A stretch of 64,000 bases of DNA. Origin: Octopus sinensis. Taxonomy: Eukaryota. The DNA is taken from contig NC_043001.1 of NCBI RefSeq assembly GCF_006345805.1, forward strand, positions 35,154,001 through 35,218,000. The letters run 5' to 3'. The notes under the pieces are model-generated. The model was not told the DNA's origin. It saw only the letters and a program-made list of their open reading frames with translations, and did no database searches. Below, piece after piece: positions 26,356 through 41,070 of this stretch. Position 1 is the stretch's first letter, and the number at the start of each line of letters is the position of its first letter. The translations under genes and the position numbers were made by a program.

Positions 26356-26585
26356 CGTGTGTATGTGTTTGTGTGTCTGTGTTTGTCCCCCCAACATCGC
26401 TTGACAACCGATGCTGGTGTGATTACGTCCCTGTAACATAGCGGTTCGGCAAAAGATACCGATAGAATAAGTACTAGGCTTACAAAGAATCAGTCCTGGG
26501 GTCGATTTGCTCGACTAAAGGCGGTGCTCAAGCATGGCTAGTCAAATGACTGAAACACATAAAAGATTAAAAGAGATTAAAGAGT
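26134..26585 (+). mobile_element. SINE family B, full length
   Basis: Head GGCGTAGGAGTGGCTGTGTGG, internal (TA)n, canonical tail. Confidence 0.9.
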
Positions 26586-29500
26586 ATACTAACAGTGTAT
26601 CTCATAATTTATCCACCTCAATTAACATCTTTCTATACTCCTTCAATGGTTTCAGTCTCTGACTGTGGTCATGCTAAGACACAACCTATGCATACTTTGC
26701 TATGATATACAATCTTAAAGAACCGACGTGAAAACATATACGCAACGTGGTCCCATGCACTGCTCGAAGTAACAGTCAAATCCAAAAATCACTGTACACT
26801 AAGCAAGGACATTTTTGCCTAAGGTGGCCTAGGTTTCTCTTCCTTAGGAAAAGATACAGTACTGTCGCAGCTTAAATGTTTCTTATGATAACTCAACTCG
26901 ATCATGACTGACTTCTAACTAAACAATAACATCATATATAAATTTTAGGATGTCTACTTACATAATATGATTATGCTCTGTTATTGTCATAAAATAACAT
27001 TTTGCTGTGTTTACGAATATAAGCTGAGCGGTAATTAACAGAGTTTAGGTTGGATGTCAAAGTCATCTAGATAACAAAGAACAACGCTATAAAAACATAG
27101 TTTATGTGTAGAAATGCTTTGTGGCAGGTGCCATATTGTCCTAGAGATTTCGCTGTTTAACCAAATATACCAATATATCAACATGTCACTGAAAGAACTT
27201 TCTGGAATATTCATAATTAGTCTCTGCTACACGACGTAATAGTTTATGTGTTATTTCTCTCTCTCTCTATTTCTCTCTCTCTCTTTCTCCTTGTCTCTCT
27301 CTATCTCTCACTGCCTCTCTCACATGCAGTCGCACACACATACACATACACACTCACAATCATAGATACATAAGAACAAACATACATGAATGTATGTATG
27401 CATGGAACTAGCTAGCTAGATAGATAGATACACGCGTACACATACGTATATATATTGTGTATTGATATACGCATGTATATATGTAGCTTTTCTGTATATA
27501 GATATATAATACGCACACCTTCACGTACTAAATTCATATACTTATACAAATACATGCTCACACATAAGAAGTAGGTTTACAAAGAATAAGTTCTAAAATC
27601 GATATGCTCAACTAAAGGCGTGCTCCAGCATGGCCGCAGTCAAATGACTGAAACAAGATTAAAGAGTTAAAGAGTTAAAGAATCAGATTAATTTATCCAA
27701 AATATCATCTTCAACAAATCAGATACACAAAAGTAAATATTGAAGGGACGTGGATTTTGTCACATTCATCTCTCACCTATTTAACTCTCCAGTTAGATTT
27801 CTAGAAGTCTCTATAAAATAAATGTAAATCCACTATAATGTCATTTTTGAAAGAAGTGTTATCATTTCAGATGATATCATACAACATATTTTCTGTTTTC
27901 AGATTCTATTTACATTATTGTTATGCCTATATAGATATGCATCCCAATGCATATGTATTTTGAATATAGTGTACCAAAAGTACATTAATTTGTCTATTCT
28001 TCATAAATAAATTTTCCTCCTGGATAACGCATATATTATGTCATGTTTGCTACAGGCTCAGAGTAATTATAACAAATATGCAATTTTAACAACATAGCTG
28101 CCTTGCCCTTACGGAAACTATCGTAAATTTCCATTTTAATGAATAATGTGCTCGATTTACTTAAAATCTGCTCGAAACCAAGAAGTAATTCAGCGCAATC
28201 TTATTAGTGAGCGCCTATAAGAAGAACATGAATTAATTTGTTAAGCAACCAGATTTACGTTTTAAAAGTCGTTGGATGATTCTCACTATAATAAATATTG
28301 TATCATGTCCGAGTTCGATTTTATCCAGCTTTGTGTTGGTATGTAACACAAAGTGGAATGGTTCCAGTAGTCTATTGTAGCTTAATAAATCAAAAGCAAA
28401 CTAAAGATATACATTATATATCTTCAATCAAGGTCTTTTGAGAGCAACGAGAAGCCAAGCCAATGTATGATGCAAATAAAGACTGTATTTTGTATGGTGA
28501 CTTGAGGTTAGCATTTACGCTGTATCTGTCCACCGAATATAGACATTCCCATTACAAAATATTTTCTAGCTCCCTTTTTCCTTCCGCCTCTTTGCCTCAC
28601 CCTTTTCTAACTTTTTCTCTTTTTCTCTCTCTACCTCTATACCTTTCTCTTTCCTCGTTACTTAAGGCTATTAAGTAGAATTCGCAGTAGAATTTCGAGT
28701 TAATCGAAAGTTTTAAAGTAAATTTATGCCACAAATTTATTAATAATTCTTCAACGTACTTTCTAGAAGAAGTGAAGCATAAATTCCAAGGACTAACATT
28801 TCTTTCTTGAAGATAAGTTATTATCCAAGGCACATATTTTACTTAAATGTAGCAACATTTAAAGAAACCGAGTTTAAAACCATTTTTGAGAGAACATTTT
28901 TCTGATGTTATTACTTAGGATTATATACCAATAAGAAATGAATTTCTACCAATCAACTTCTGACTCAGCCAGCAGTGAGTTTATCGTTTTAACTAGATTA
29001 CTAGTTGCAAGGTAAACACAATCAATAATATTGATAGGTTATATATAATAATATGATATATTGGTTATATTTCGCGAAATAGCTCCAGCATGTGTATTGT
29101 TTTGTTCAACTCTTTGAGGATGTCTCATTTTTGTTCTAAATATTGCCAGATAGATTCATTGTTAACAAAATATTTTTAAACATATCAGTACCTGAGTAAT
29201 ATTTCTATTATCATTAAGCAAACGCAGATCTTTTGCAAGCAGTGTGCAAGATGCACGAATTGTTAACAATAGGAATTACAGAATTATATTCGATGCTACT
29301 TTAAATTAGACCGTCTGGTTAGAAGTGCATACATCTTTTCTTGTATCTTACTATCAAAGAACTTTTATAAAGTAGTAGAGGTGCTAGGTTTAACAAAAGG
29401 TGAAAAATATAATGCTATAAGAGTTACTGCTTTGTATTGAAGCATTTTTGTCTAGGCTATGAGCTTGATATGTTTAGAACAAATAAAGAGATTTCTCGCT

Positions 29501-31334
29501 CTCGGGGACATTGTTAATGTGGGTAAACAATGACATCATTTTCTGCATATTTGTTATATTTCATAATTTATCATATTTGTAATAACTGGAGGTTATTCTC
29601 GAGAAGGTTAAGTCTTATAAAGTATAACAGCGTGGAACAATGCCGAGGGAACATGTTAAGGAATATGAATTTGGTGTAAACATTGGCCATAATATCAATT
29701 AATTCTTTAGTTAATATTTAACAGAAGCTGTAAAACAACCCGTGTCAAAGAAAGGCATGGATAATATAGTTAAGTCATGGAAACAACAACTGACTTGCTA
29801 AGTGATATTTTAGATTTATCTCCTCCCAGTTATGTGGTATCAGTTAAATTGTGGTAAGTAAGCAACATACTAAATTATTGCCAATTACATTACAAAACTT
29901 GGTGAGTGAAAATGTCTCTCCCTTAATAGGGGAATTCAGATGTCTCACTGGCTGTCAAATATAAATTTTAATAATGAAATAACAAAATATAATACCGAGT
30001 GAGCTACTACATCAGGTTCCTTAATATATTTGACGTCCATTGATATGCAACCTGATAAAAATGTAAAAAGCGAATGTTTTATAATCTCTTAGATCAACCG
30101 AATATTTCATTTCAGCAGTATTCAGGGCTTGAAAACTTGTTAGGTTCTTAATGTTACAGAAGCGATATGTTTAACAGTATAATTGTAGATGCTCTTTAAT
30201 CCTTAGTGCATGGTGTTAGTTATCAGGATCTCGTTTTTTATCTCTATAATTATCTAATTACCATTGGCTGATAAATGGCATTAGTAATCAACTTGGTAGT
30301 ATAAATAGAAGATATATGATACATAAGATATCAGAAGTCAAGCGAAATTTGTCTCTTATATTAGATATATGATTTATAATGTCACATATATCAACGTACG
30401 TATAGGACTAAATGATACTGGTTAAAAAAAATAAAATCAGCTATTACGCTTATTATATTTCATGTATGATATTTAATGACATATATTAAACATTGCCATA
30501 AACAATTTCTTTTATCATTTAATGTTTACATTACATAATTTTTCATATTTAGACTATGACTTATCAGGAAGCCATAAAAGCGTATTAGTTATCAAGGAGA
30601 CAGTATGATTCTTTATATTTTGTTGTTCTTGTGAGTGAATATTTAGTATCTTTCTATTGTAGAAAGTAATTATTTTAGCACGCTATTGTATTCCATATTA
30701 CAACGATTTTGTGCTATATAAATATATACAAAGCAAAGCAGGTGACTTCTGGGCGTTACTACTTAGCAACGGAACATTTTAGTTCAAGCTACGAGATTGA
30801 TAGAGATTAACACGAATAGAGGAATAACAAACAACACACAAGAGAGAGGCATGGCTGAGAGACACACCTGTTAATAGAACTGTATATCATGTACTAGCTG
30901 TCCCAATATAGTTAGTCTTGTTTAGCTCCAAATCAACTCTAATCAAACTGACATATAATACAAAAGAACTTCATTCTTTCCCATGTATACGTGTTCATTA
31001 TCAGGGTTCATTCCACACTATAATGTGGAATATATCCTTTCTTATTTAAGGCAGTTAAGTTTTAAACTTAGCTATATTCGGATGATATATTCGATCGCGT
31101 AGAATTTTAAATGTCGGCTTGTAAAGCCACTGACGTAAAGGGGAGGACCTCGCTGATCGATTTACTCCCCAGAATATTATTGGTTATTTTCTCATTCAAA
31201 TGTTGGGAATGACTGCAGGATATCATAGCAGAGTGTAAAAGGCATTATAGGGGACATGTGTGTGGTTGCACTAATTGCTAGAAATAGGCAGATAAATCTG
31301 TATCATATCATCTGCCGCCATCTTTAAAAAAAAC

Positions 31335-31367
<33 letters not shown>

Positions 31368-31484
31368 CATGTATAAAAAATATATATAAAAATACAAAAT
31401 GGGTGTGTGTGTGTGTGTGTGTGTATACATAAAACATACAATGACAGGTAAGGTTTCAATTTAGAAGAGAAGCGTTTTGCCAGC

Positions 31485-31712
31485 GTGCCTTCATAGCAGC
31501 ATGAAGTTAGTCCCGATGTTGGAGTCGACTTCGCTCAAATCTTTGAACTGGGGAGAAGCAGGACTAGCGCCAGGTCCTGAGTTCTAAAGCTTTGCTTTCC
31601 CAGAAAGAAATGGGAATATTGCACCGCTTCAGATTGCCTTTTAGTTTGTCTTTGAAGCTTAAGAGTGACCTTCCAACTGACCTTTGTGTTGGGAATTCGC
31701 CAAACAGTAGGT
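31485..31712 (-). mobile_element. RTE-clade LINE, C-terminal ORF fragment
   Basis: Minus frame LLFGEFPTQRSVGRSLLSFKDKLKGNLKRCNIPISFWESKALELRTWR*, matching RTE LLxGEL...GRPxLRxKDxLKxxLKxCxI...WE...DRxxWR. Confidence 0.78.
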
Positions 31713-31883
31713 GCTACGTAATTCTGATATTACTTATACGTGAGACATGACTTGAGGATCTAAGTTGTATTTTGAAGAGGATGGCTTCAATACCTGATAT
31801 GCTGCATTATGTCAGTAGTTCACTGTTATATATATACATACAGACACAAACACACATACATACACATATACACGCACACACAC

Positions 31884-31918
<35 letters not shown>

Positions 31919-32304
31919 TGTATGTATGTACGTATGTATGTATGTAAGCACACATTGGATGGGCTTCTTTCATGTTTTATCTACCAAATCCACTTACAAG
32001 TCTATAGTCGTTCATCTATAACCTAAAACGCTTACCCAGGCTTCCAAGCCGTGCAACTGAAGCGGAATCCGAAATCAATTGGTTAGGATGCAATTATATA
32101 TGAAAATTATAGTCACTATAAACGTGTTGGTATTACATAATCTGATGCTCTCCAGCAGATGAAAGAATTTGCTTTGCATTTAATCTTTTCGAATTGAAAA
32201 AATACAGTGCTCCCAGTTTTGTACTTGAGTTTATTTTAATCACTGCTGTCCTTTAACACTTATTTGAAATCTTGTGAAAATCAATATCAAAACATACTGG
32301 CTTC

Positions 32305-32742
32305 AGGTTTGACACAAGGCCAGCAATTTTGGGGTAGGAATAAGTCGATTATATCAATCCCAGTGCTCATCAAGTATTTAATTTACCGACATCGAAAGGA
32401 TTAAAGACGAAGTCGAATTTGAACTCTGAACGTAATGACAGAAGCAATACCTATTTCTTTACTACCCACAAGGAGCTAAACACAGAGAGGACAAACAAGG
32501 ACAGACAAACGGATTAAGTCGATTATATCGACTCCAGTGCGTAACTGGTATTTATTTAATCGACCCCGAAATGAAGAAAGGTAAAGTCGACCTCGGCGGA
32601 ATTTGAACTCAGAACGTAACGGCAGACGAAATACCGCTAAGCATCTCGCCCGGCGTGCTAACGTTTCTGCCAGCTCGCCTTAGAAATACTGCTAGGTATT
32701 TTGTCCGGCGTGATATCGATTCTGCTAGCGTACCGCCTTTCA
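32305..32742 (-). mobile_element. SINE family A multimer
   Basis: Reverse complement family A modules. Confidence 0.85.
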
Positions 32743-33324
32743 ATATCAAAACACATTGATAAGGTTTACCATCAATTTCTAATACTAGTGCGATACCACA
32801 CCTTTTCAAATTACAAGGTTTAAAGAACGTTTTCTAATATAGCTGCAAAACCATGCATTTTGAGGCAGGAAAATAAAGATCGACCTATCATTGAACCAGT
32901 AATTTCTTTATTGACCCAGCAAATGTTAAAGTCTTAAGAGGACCAAGATTTGAAATCACAACGTAAAACATCGTATCAAAATGCCCCAAAGCAATCCCTC
33001 TGTAGCGATGCTATCCATCGACAATCCTGATTAGTTTTAGTTATATTTAATTGCAGTAGTCAATGTGATTGTGTAACATGACTAATCAAGTTGGTACCAT
33101 ATTTCTTTCGTCAAATATTTATTTATTTAAACAAAGAAGACATGCAAAATAGAAATAAGTAGATTACGTGGAATCAATTTTATTCCCATAAATCACTGGT
33201 CAGACACATAAAAACATTGGCAGAACGAGCAATTCATGATTTAGTTGAGTTAATTAAATACATGGAATATTTTGCTGTTGGATGAGCTAAGTAAACGTTG
33301 ATGATGAAGAGAGCGAGAGAAAGG

Positions 33325-33374
<50 letters not shown>

Positions 33375-33599
33375 GATGTTGAAATAAGTTAAACAATAGA
33401 AAAATAAAATAGCCAAATGTATAAAATAGGCGATACTAAATAAGTAAAATTATAGGCGAATGTTGTAAGGCAAACAAAATAGAAAAGAGATTTTAAGTAA
33501 AAGTTACAAAATTATTTGGGAAATAATCATTCTGAAAATGATATAATATACATTAGGAATAAAAAAAATCTGGGAAAGTGAATATGCTTAAGTATCACT

Positions 33600-33780
33600 G
33601 GCTCTCCGTCGCTTACGACGACGATAGTTCCAGTTGATACAATCAACAGATAAGCCTGCTCGTGAGATTAACGTGAAAGTGGCTGAGCAATCCACAGACA
33701 CGTGTAGTCTTAACGTAGTTCTCAAGGAGATTCAGCATGACACAGAGAGTGAAAAAGCTAGCCCTTTCAAATTACAGGTG
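33600..33780 (-). mobile_element. SINE family C, 3' tail fragment
   Basis: GCTCGTGAGATTAACGTG...GTGGCTGAG...CACAGACACGTGT shared with 12.9, 48.6 and 62.7 kb. Confidence 0.75.
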
Positions 33781-34014
33781 TATACGTATATACATACATG
33801 CATACATACATACAAGGAGACATACACACAGACACACAAAAACGTACATGCACACACACACACATACATACATGCATACATGCATGCATACATGCTGGAC
33901 ATCCTTGTTACTTATTTGCCTTTCATTCACCTTCTTCGGGCTGTGCGGAAAATAAGTTGGTGCCTCAACTTAAGTACCTAATTCAACTGAATCTTAATTA
34001 TTTCTTAACACGTC

Positions 34015-34075
<61 letters not shown>

Positions 34076-34079
34076 ATAA

Positions 34080-34330
34080 TAATAAATGTGCCCTTTTAAA
34101 GCCTAGCCAGGCACATGGGCCCGGTTTCCCGGTTTCTCTGGCGTATGTGTTTCCCAGCTGGATGGGACGCCAGTCCATCTCAGCGTTACTCATTTTTGCC
34201 AGCTGAGTGGACTGGAGCAATGAGAAATGAAGTGTTTTGCTCAAGAACACAACGCGTCGTCCGGTCAAGGAATCGAAACCACAATCTTACAATCATGATG
34301 GTGACATCATAACCACTAAGCCACGCCCCT
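34080..34330 (-). mobile_element. SINE family C head with an alternative tail
   Basis: Family C head and core (CATTTTTGCCAGCTGAGTGGACTGGAGC) joined to a different 3' region ending GGCTTTAAAAGGGCACATTTATT. Confidence 0.75.
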
Positions 34331-35036
34331 CCACACACACACACATATTAAAATAGAAGTATACAGATTTATGTCTGTACCTGTTGTTGTATCTGTTTAA
34401 GCCTGTTAATGGGTTTAAACATGTGTGTAAACATGATGTAACAAGGGTAATAAGAACACATACGCACACGCGCACACACACACACAAACACACACGCAAA
34501 CACAAACACGCATATTATTTTGCAAAAAGGGGGAAAATGGAAAACACTACAAAAAAAAACCGTTAAGATTAAAATAATGACAGAAAAACGATATAAAATG
34601 AATTTAAGAGGTACAAAGAAAATGGACAAAACGAAAAAAATTCAAAATATTTTTAAAACGTATGGGGAAAACGGTAAAGAACAAACAGTTGGTGAGAAGA
34701 ATGAGATATGTAAGAGAACAAAAAAATGAAAATGTGTATGTAAACAACGAGAATTTCAAATAGGAGAATAAGATATATGGATGGTCAAATATTTGTACAT
34801 ATATATTTGTACAAAAGTAAAATACAGATATTCAAATATATGCAAATGATATGAAAAAATAGCTAAAACAACTCTAACGTTTTGCGTTTTAACTTACATC
34901 CATACACACATGCGTATGTATATATATATATATATGTATGTATGTATGTGTGTGTGTGTGTGTGAGTATAATACACACGTACATACGTACATACACATAT
35001 ACATGCACACATGCACAAGGACCCATATCCACAAAT

Positions 35037-35109
<73 letters not shown>

Positions 35110-36624
35110 GGTAAAATGTATATTGCCTAAGTTATTTAGATATACAACAGTTTGCTGCAGGAATTGAATTAAAATTGTTATTATTGTCAATTTCTTCTTC
35201 TTCTTTAATTGTTCAAGTTTCCTACTACTACTACTACTACTACTAATACTACTACTACTACTGATATTACTAGCTATATGATTGATTGTCAGTAATAGTA
35301 TATTTGCCAGCTGAAAACAGCCACAATTATCCTTTGGTGGTCCGACTTAGTAAAAGAAACATAAAATGCAGTTTCTGGGGTTCTGTAAGTTTGGAAGCTA
35401 GAGTCGAAAAGGAATTTAACGTTTCGGAACTAACCCTTTTGTATTAAGAAGTGCGTGTGCGTTTTTCCTTAAATTAGAAAAGATTAATTCAGCCGAATTA
35501 TCAATCGGGAAACCCGAAATTATATTTCCCCTGCAGTGTGCCAATAAATGCACACATAGGAAGATGAGTGTTTTTAGTACTATTTAATTTAGATTCTCTT
35601 TCAATTCAGATGTTTTCTCTTTGTTTTACATGGTATCTTCCACTTGGTGTATAACACTCATTTCATGCAATTCTCTTCCAGTTGTGAATTGATACTTTAA
35701 CTGAAAGCTGTGGTAGCATATAATTAAAGTTTCTCGCTTGCCAAATTTACTGATTTCAAGTTCTCTTAACAGACCTGTAGAAACCCACGCATCTCATGAA
35801 ACCATCTTTATGTATTTCCCGTTAAGATTTGTATTCTTTCCTTTCTTGAGATAAATCTTGTAATATTTCGTTTCCTAATAAAACACAAGAAAATTAAGAA
35901 ATAATGAAGAGTGAAACGTTTGCGTCGGAGGGGATTCGTACGTAAATCCAATAATTCTGTTTATGGACATCCATCAGGAAAGGGTCAGAGTGAAATTAAC
36001 ATTTGAAATGATTCTATGTAGACAGTTTTCGGTGTGTAGAAAATTTGGCGTTAAAAGAGAAATGAAGAGCATATGTCCAACAGTTAAACGTTCACCATTA
36101 TTGACGTCGAATATTCATTTAAGCTTTCATATTTTAAACAGAGGTTTCTTTCATGCAGTATGAAACATTTTACTCTGCATCTTCGCCCAAGCATTAAAAG
36201 CAGCGCAAGCGAAGTACATGATTTCAACTATAAATAATGAACTGATTACACAGAAGAACTATTTGGAACATAGTGTCTGTTCAGTTTGCTTTTTCACTTG
36301 ATTTAGACTAAAATTGTCATGCTAATTTGAAAACTACAATCAGTTTTCTTCTATCACGTCAAGTTTCGTTTCTACAGCTTACTCTCTGAAAAAAAAGCGC
36401 CTCTGTATTGTTTGTCAATAAGTAATTGGGACAGTCAGCTGCTTATATTGTTTTATTGACAACACAGTGAAACATTTCCGAAACATTTTTAATTGTCATG
36501 CATTTTACAATTAATCCTACCTAATTTTATTGTGCTCGGTTCAAAAATGTCAAAGAACAGTACTTATAAATGTGTTATTACACATCCGAGGATAGACATT
36601 CCTGTTGAACTTTCTCTCTGCTGC

Positions 36625-36825
36625 TTTGTTAACCGCTTTTCGAGTACTGGACTGCAAGATGAATAGATACATTTCCTGCTCAATCATCTGGAGTACTTTC
36701 TTGAAAATCATAATGCAATAAGCGATGATCAAGGAGAAAGATTCCAAGACATCGAGACCATGAAGACTAGGTATCAAGGTGGAACACTAATATGATGACT
36801 GACTATTGCTGGTCTCAGCAATGAG
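36625..36825 (+). mobile_element. DNA transposase C-terminal fragment, Chapaev3-like (Transib/CMC-related)
   Basis: LLTAFRVLDCKMN / IHFLLNHLEYFLENHNAISDDQGERF(-)QDIETMKTRYQG / WNTNMMTDYCWS matches the recalled motif LGCxMSxKIHFLHSHLDFFPENLGAVSDEQGERFHQDI...RYQGxW...MxADYCW. Superfamily assignment is from memory. Confidence 0.7.
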
Positions 36826-37863
36826 TCTGTCATGATGCAAGTGTGGAAATACTCATATATATGGCATATTTTAATTTAGGATATTTTTATGAATGGTCAC
36901 ATTTTAAATTTGATTTTTATTTCAATTCAAACTTATACATAAGTAACTACTGTAAGTAATAACTTACATTACACAACTAACAACTTAGTTCTTTTGTGTT
37001 TTATTGGATACGTCCAGCATGATATATAAACCAACTGCTGTCCTTTAGACTCTTCATGTAACATACTTCCGATGATGTGCTTATTTCAAAATAATATGGA
37101 AATGATAACACGAAAGCTTATTTATTGATAACGGTAACATGAATATTTACTGGATTAGATAATATCTGCTTCTCAATTTCTACCAAATATCTCAAAGCTT
37201 CTTACTGCGGCTGAGAAACTATACAAATATAGCATTATCTTAAATAAACATGTGTATATACGTCTGTTGAACGAATAGATTATATTATTCAAACACTAAA
37301 ACCAATCCAATAAACGGCTTTGTTTTGACAAATAGTTATACAAGATTATATGTAATCGCAAACTATAATCAAAATATCAAATACATGCTGATATAAGCTA
37401 ATCATTATTCCAAAGTAAGCTACCACAGATGTTAGCGGGTCGGTAAAATGTCTCTAATACATTCACGTTGATAAATCGCAGATATGTACTCCTTTGGCAT
37501 ATTATTGCTTACACTGAGCATTATAAATAACCGAGTTACATCAGTTTCATTATGACAGATTACACTTTTCTCTAAATAGGTAATATCTGCTATCCTTGTT
37601 GCTTTCTACTCGAAGTCAACTTTGATCAAGCAGTTGTATGATCAAAAGTATTACCTCCGTAACCATATTGACTCCATGACTTTGCATGTGACAAGCACAT
37701 ACCCATTATTAAATGTAACAATGCCCATCATTAAATGTAACTTTCCGCTTTTTAAATTTGTAGGCTAGGGATCAGAAGACACTTTGGCAACAAGAATTAT
37801 TCCATGTTTACTCGAAAGTTTTTAATTCCCATGAAATTAAATAAATAAACAAATATACATACA

Positions 37864-37944
<81 letters not shown>

Positions 37945-37967
37945 ATATGTGACAATTATTCGGTAGC

Positions 37968-38034
37968 CAAGATAAAACTCTGAGTTTCGGATGCCGAGGT
38001 GGAAATACAGACCACCATCTCTTCGGTTATCTTG
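37968..38034 (-). ncRNA. Type I hammerhead motif, family G (U4C core change)
   Basis: CAAGAUAA-CCGAAGA-GAUG...CAUC-C-GAA-ACUC(A)GAGU-U|UUAUCUUG: 8-bp stem I, 4-bp stem III. Confidence 0.6.
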
Positions 38035-38039
38035 CCATT

Positions 38040-38420
38040 ACTTTCTCTCTTCCTATTTCAGTCGTTTGACTGCGGCCACGTTGGGGCACCATTTTTAGTC
38101 GGGCAAATCGACTCCAGAACTTATTCTTGGTAAACCTAGTACTTATTCTATCGGTCTCTTTTGCTGAACCGCTAAGTTATGGGGACATAAACACACCAGA
38201 ATTGGTTGTCAAGTGATGTTGGGGGAAAAACCATATACAGACACATGCACACATATATACATATAAACAACAGGCTTCTTTTAGTTTCCGTCTACCAAAT
38301 CCAATCACAAGGCTTAGGCTGGCCCGAGGCTACAGAAGAAGACACATGCGCAAGGTACCACGCAATGGGACTGAACTTGGGTGGTTGGTAAGCAAACTAC
38401 GTACCACACAGCGACCCCTG
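38040..38420 (-). mobile_element. SINE family B
   Basis: Reverse complement family B, diverged. Confidence 0.8.
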
Positions 38421-38624
38421 CTCCTATAATGTATGTGTATGAATAAATATATATATACATATATTAAATAACATATACATACATGCACAAACACATACAC
38501 CATACCGCGTACACATACGCGCGCGCACACACACACAAACGCGCCTTCAACGTTGAAGTATCAACTTCAATGTTGTTGCAGCTTTGTTGCTAGATATCCG
38601 AAGGCTACTTGAATACCTAGTATG

Positions 38625-38869
38625 CACTGGCTCGGGAATGAAATTTGCTTAGGGGGTGCAAACCCAGGTCCAAAAATATTTAGAAAAAAGTTCTTTGTTT
38701 TTTTATTATTTTTGTGTTTTGTTCTTTGAGAAGGAACTTAACTTCAAGCTACTTTTTACGCATCACTTTTTATTTACCGTTTTCTAAACCCGGGGAAAAT
38801 AAGTAGGGCTGCAAATTTTGGTTCTGCACTCCACAAAATTCTAGGGGGTACACTGTTCCGGGGCCCATG
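38625..38869. mobile_element. 245-bp MITE with 8-bp TSD (hAT-type)
   Basis: TSD CTAGTATG at 38617-38624 and 38870-38877. Imperfect TIRs CACTGGCTCGGGAA and (reverse complement) CATGGGCCCCGGAA. Subterminal TAGGGGGT(G/A)CA at both ends. Confidence 0.75.
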
Positions 38870-40912
38870 CTAGTATGTATTTCTAATCTCGCTCTACATA
38901 CTTATAAAACAGAAAAAAATGACGCATTATCACATACAAAAACAGAAAGACAAGTTGGTCACGGCTGGAATGTCTTTGAATGTATATCTGCTGGAGGTAG
39001 ACCTAGGTTACAAAACAGCAACAGCAGCTTTTGACGGTACCTATTTAGGGAAAGATGTATTCTCTCATAAAGAACTAGGTAACTTAAGCAAAACATCTCC
39101 ACATTGCCAGTTACGGTATACGAACTGGGTGTCTTTCAAATGGTTCCCTCGTACTTAAACCCTCTCGCTCGTTCTCAATGTTCTTAACATGGAATGCACA
39201 GGGAGAAGATATAGATGAATTTTGAGCACAAAATTGTGTAAATCCGATATTTTAATACATAATTATTTCACATAGCAGAGGCATTGAAAATACAACAGTT
39301 CTCCATTTGAAAATATAATAATTCTCCTGAATATCTAATGAAGGAGAATGCATAAAACGCTTGAGCGCTGTGTATGTATTCTTTCATTAAGTATTAAGAT
39401 TACTACAAAATAATTGCATTTCCTTGTGTCACTATATATATACATATAGTGTGTGTTTGCGAGGTGTGTGTGCGTGTGTTAGCGTGTATCTGTGATTGAG
39501 CGAGCAGGGCTTGTGCATGTAGTCTTTTTTTAGTCTTTTTTAGAGCACTATCGACCCACTCACCCAACAGAAAATAGATATCCTCCTTAGCCGGGTGCAC
39601 TGATAATTATTTCCAGGATTTTTTTCAACCATATCTTTACAGTAGTTCGTATGATCTTTTAACATTGCTAATTGTTCCCCCTCCAGAGTTATGCACGAAA
39701 AGAATGCCGAAAGTAATAGGAAGCTCTGCTTGTTAATTAACAATATTCAAATTAACATAAATCATTTTACACTTTCAGGCAATATAACTAATAATAATAA
39801 TAATATCGCGTAAAACAACACCAAAAATAACCAGAGTAAATAATAAATAATAACTATGATAGCATTGAAATTCAAAACCCACAACTTTCTATCCGTGACG
39901 ATAAACTACCGTTCTTGCTTTGAACTTAACATTTAGCGCTTTAGATATGTTCTTAGATCTAATCTCGGTTATTACATAGCTTGCTTCATTCCCAAACAAT
40001 TGTTTTGACTGAAAGTATAGGTGAGGAGAAAATAACTCGACTATGTGTGTCAGCATTCATGTATGTATGTATTTATGTATGAATGCATATGTATATATAT
40101 AAACATATATACGTACACACGTACTCACACACACACTGGTATACACATATACATTTACTCACGAAAGGAGTGTTTTGTCAAAGAGGAAATGAAAAATATG
40201 TGATTGCTTCTTGAGGATGTTTATTTAAGCAACGTTTGTCAAGAATTCCAGTTATTGCACGCTGTAGTTATGTATGTTTGTATGTAAGCATGTATGTATA
40301 TGTGGGTATGTATGTGGTGAATGTATGAATGTATATATATATATATAGGAATGAATGAACGTATGAATGTACCATTGTCTGACTATCTGTTTGTTTGCCT
40401 TTTTGTTTCTGTAGCTATCTATCTATCTATCTTTCTATCTCCATACATATACATACAAAATACCAAAAAAAAAAAGAAATCAACACGCACACACTCACGC
40501 ACACATATATATATACTTGTACATATGTAATGATACACACGCGCGCACACACACACCCTCTCTCACACACACATATAGATATGTAAGTATAACAATATAA
40601 AAGTTTTAAACTTGTAAATATAATTAAACTATATAAAATATGCATAAGGATTTGATACATATAAAAGAGTAGAATATTTTTTTTGCGGACAGTAATTTGA
40701 AAAGAGCGCTCTAATATTATATATATGTGTGTGTGTGTGTATGTGTGTGTGTGTGTATGTGTGTGTGTGTGTATGTGTGTGTGTGTGTATGTGTGTGTGT
40801 GTGTGTGTGTGCAAAGATATGATATTTAATTTCCCTACATAAATTGTTTAGTTCTTTATTATATTTCGGAAAAGCACCCTTTCATTAAATATATGGTAAG
40901 ATTAATCCAAAA

Positions 40913-41070
40913 TCCGTCGAGGTCGACTTTGCCTTTCATCCTTTCGGGGTCGATAAATAAAGTACCAATTTCGTACTGGGTCGTTGTAATCGACTTAATC
41001 CCTTTGTCTGTCCTTGTCTGTCCTTGTTTGTCCCCTCTATGTTTAGCCCCTTGTGGGTAGTAAAGAAATA
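40913..41070 (+). mobile_element. SINE family A, 5'-truncated
   Basis: Core to tail, with imperfect flanking duplication ATATAT(T)TGGTAA(G/A)AT(T/G)AATCCAAA. Confidence 0.8.

Noticed and set aside
38919-39158. 79-aa plus-strand ORF; TACGAGGG mariner-like terminus on the minus strand
   Set aside because: No homology recognised and no matching second TIR found.
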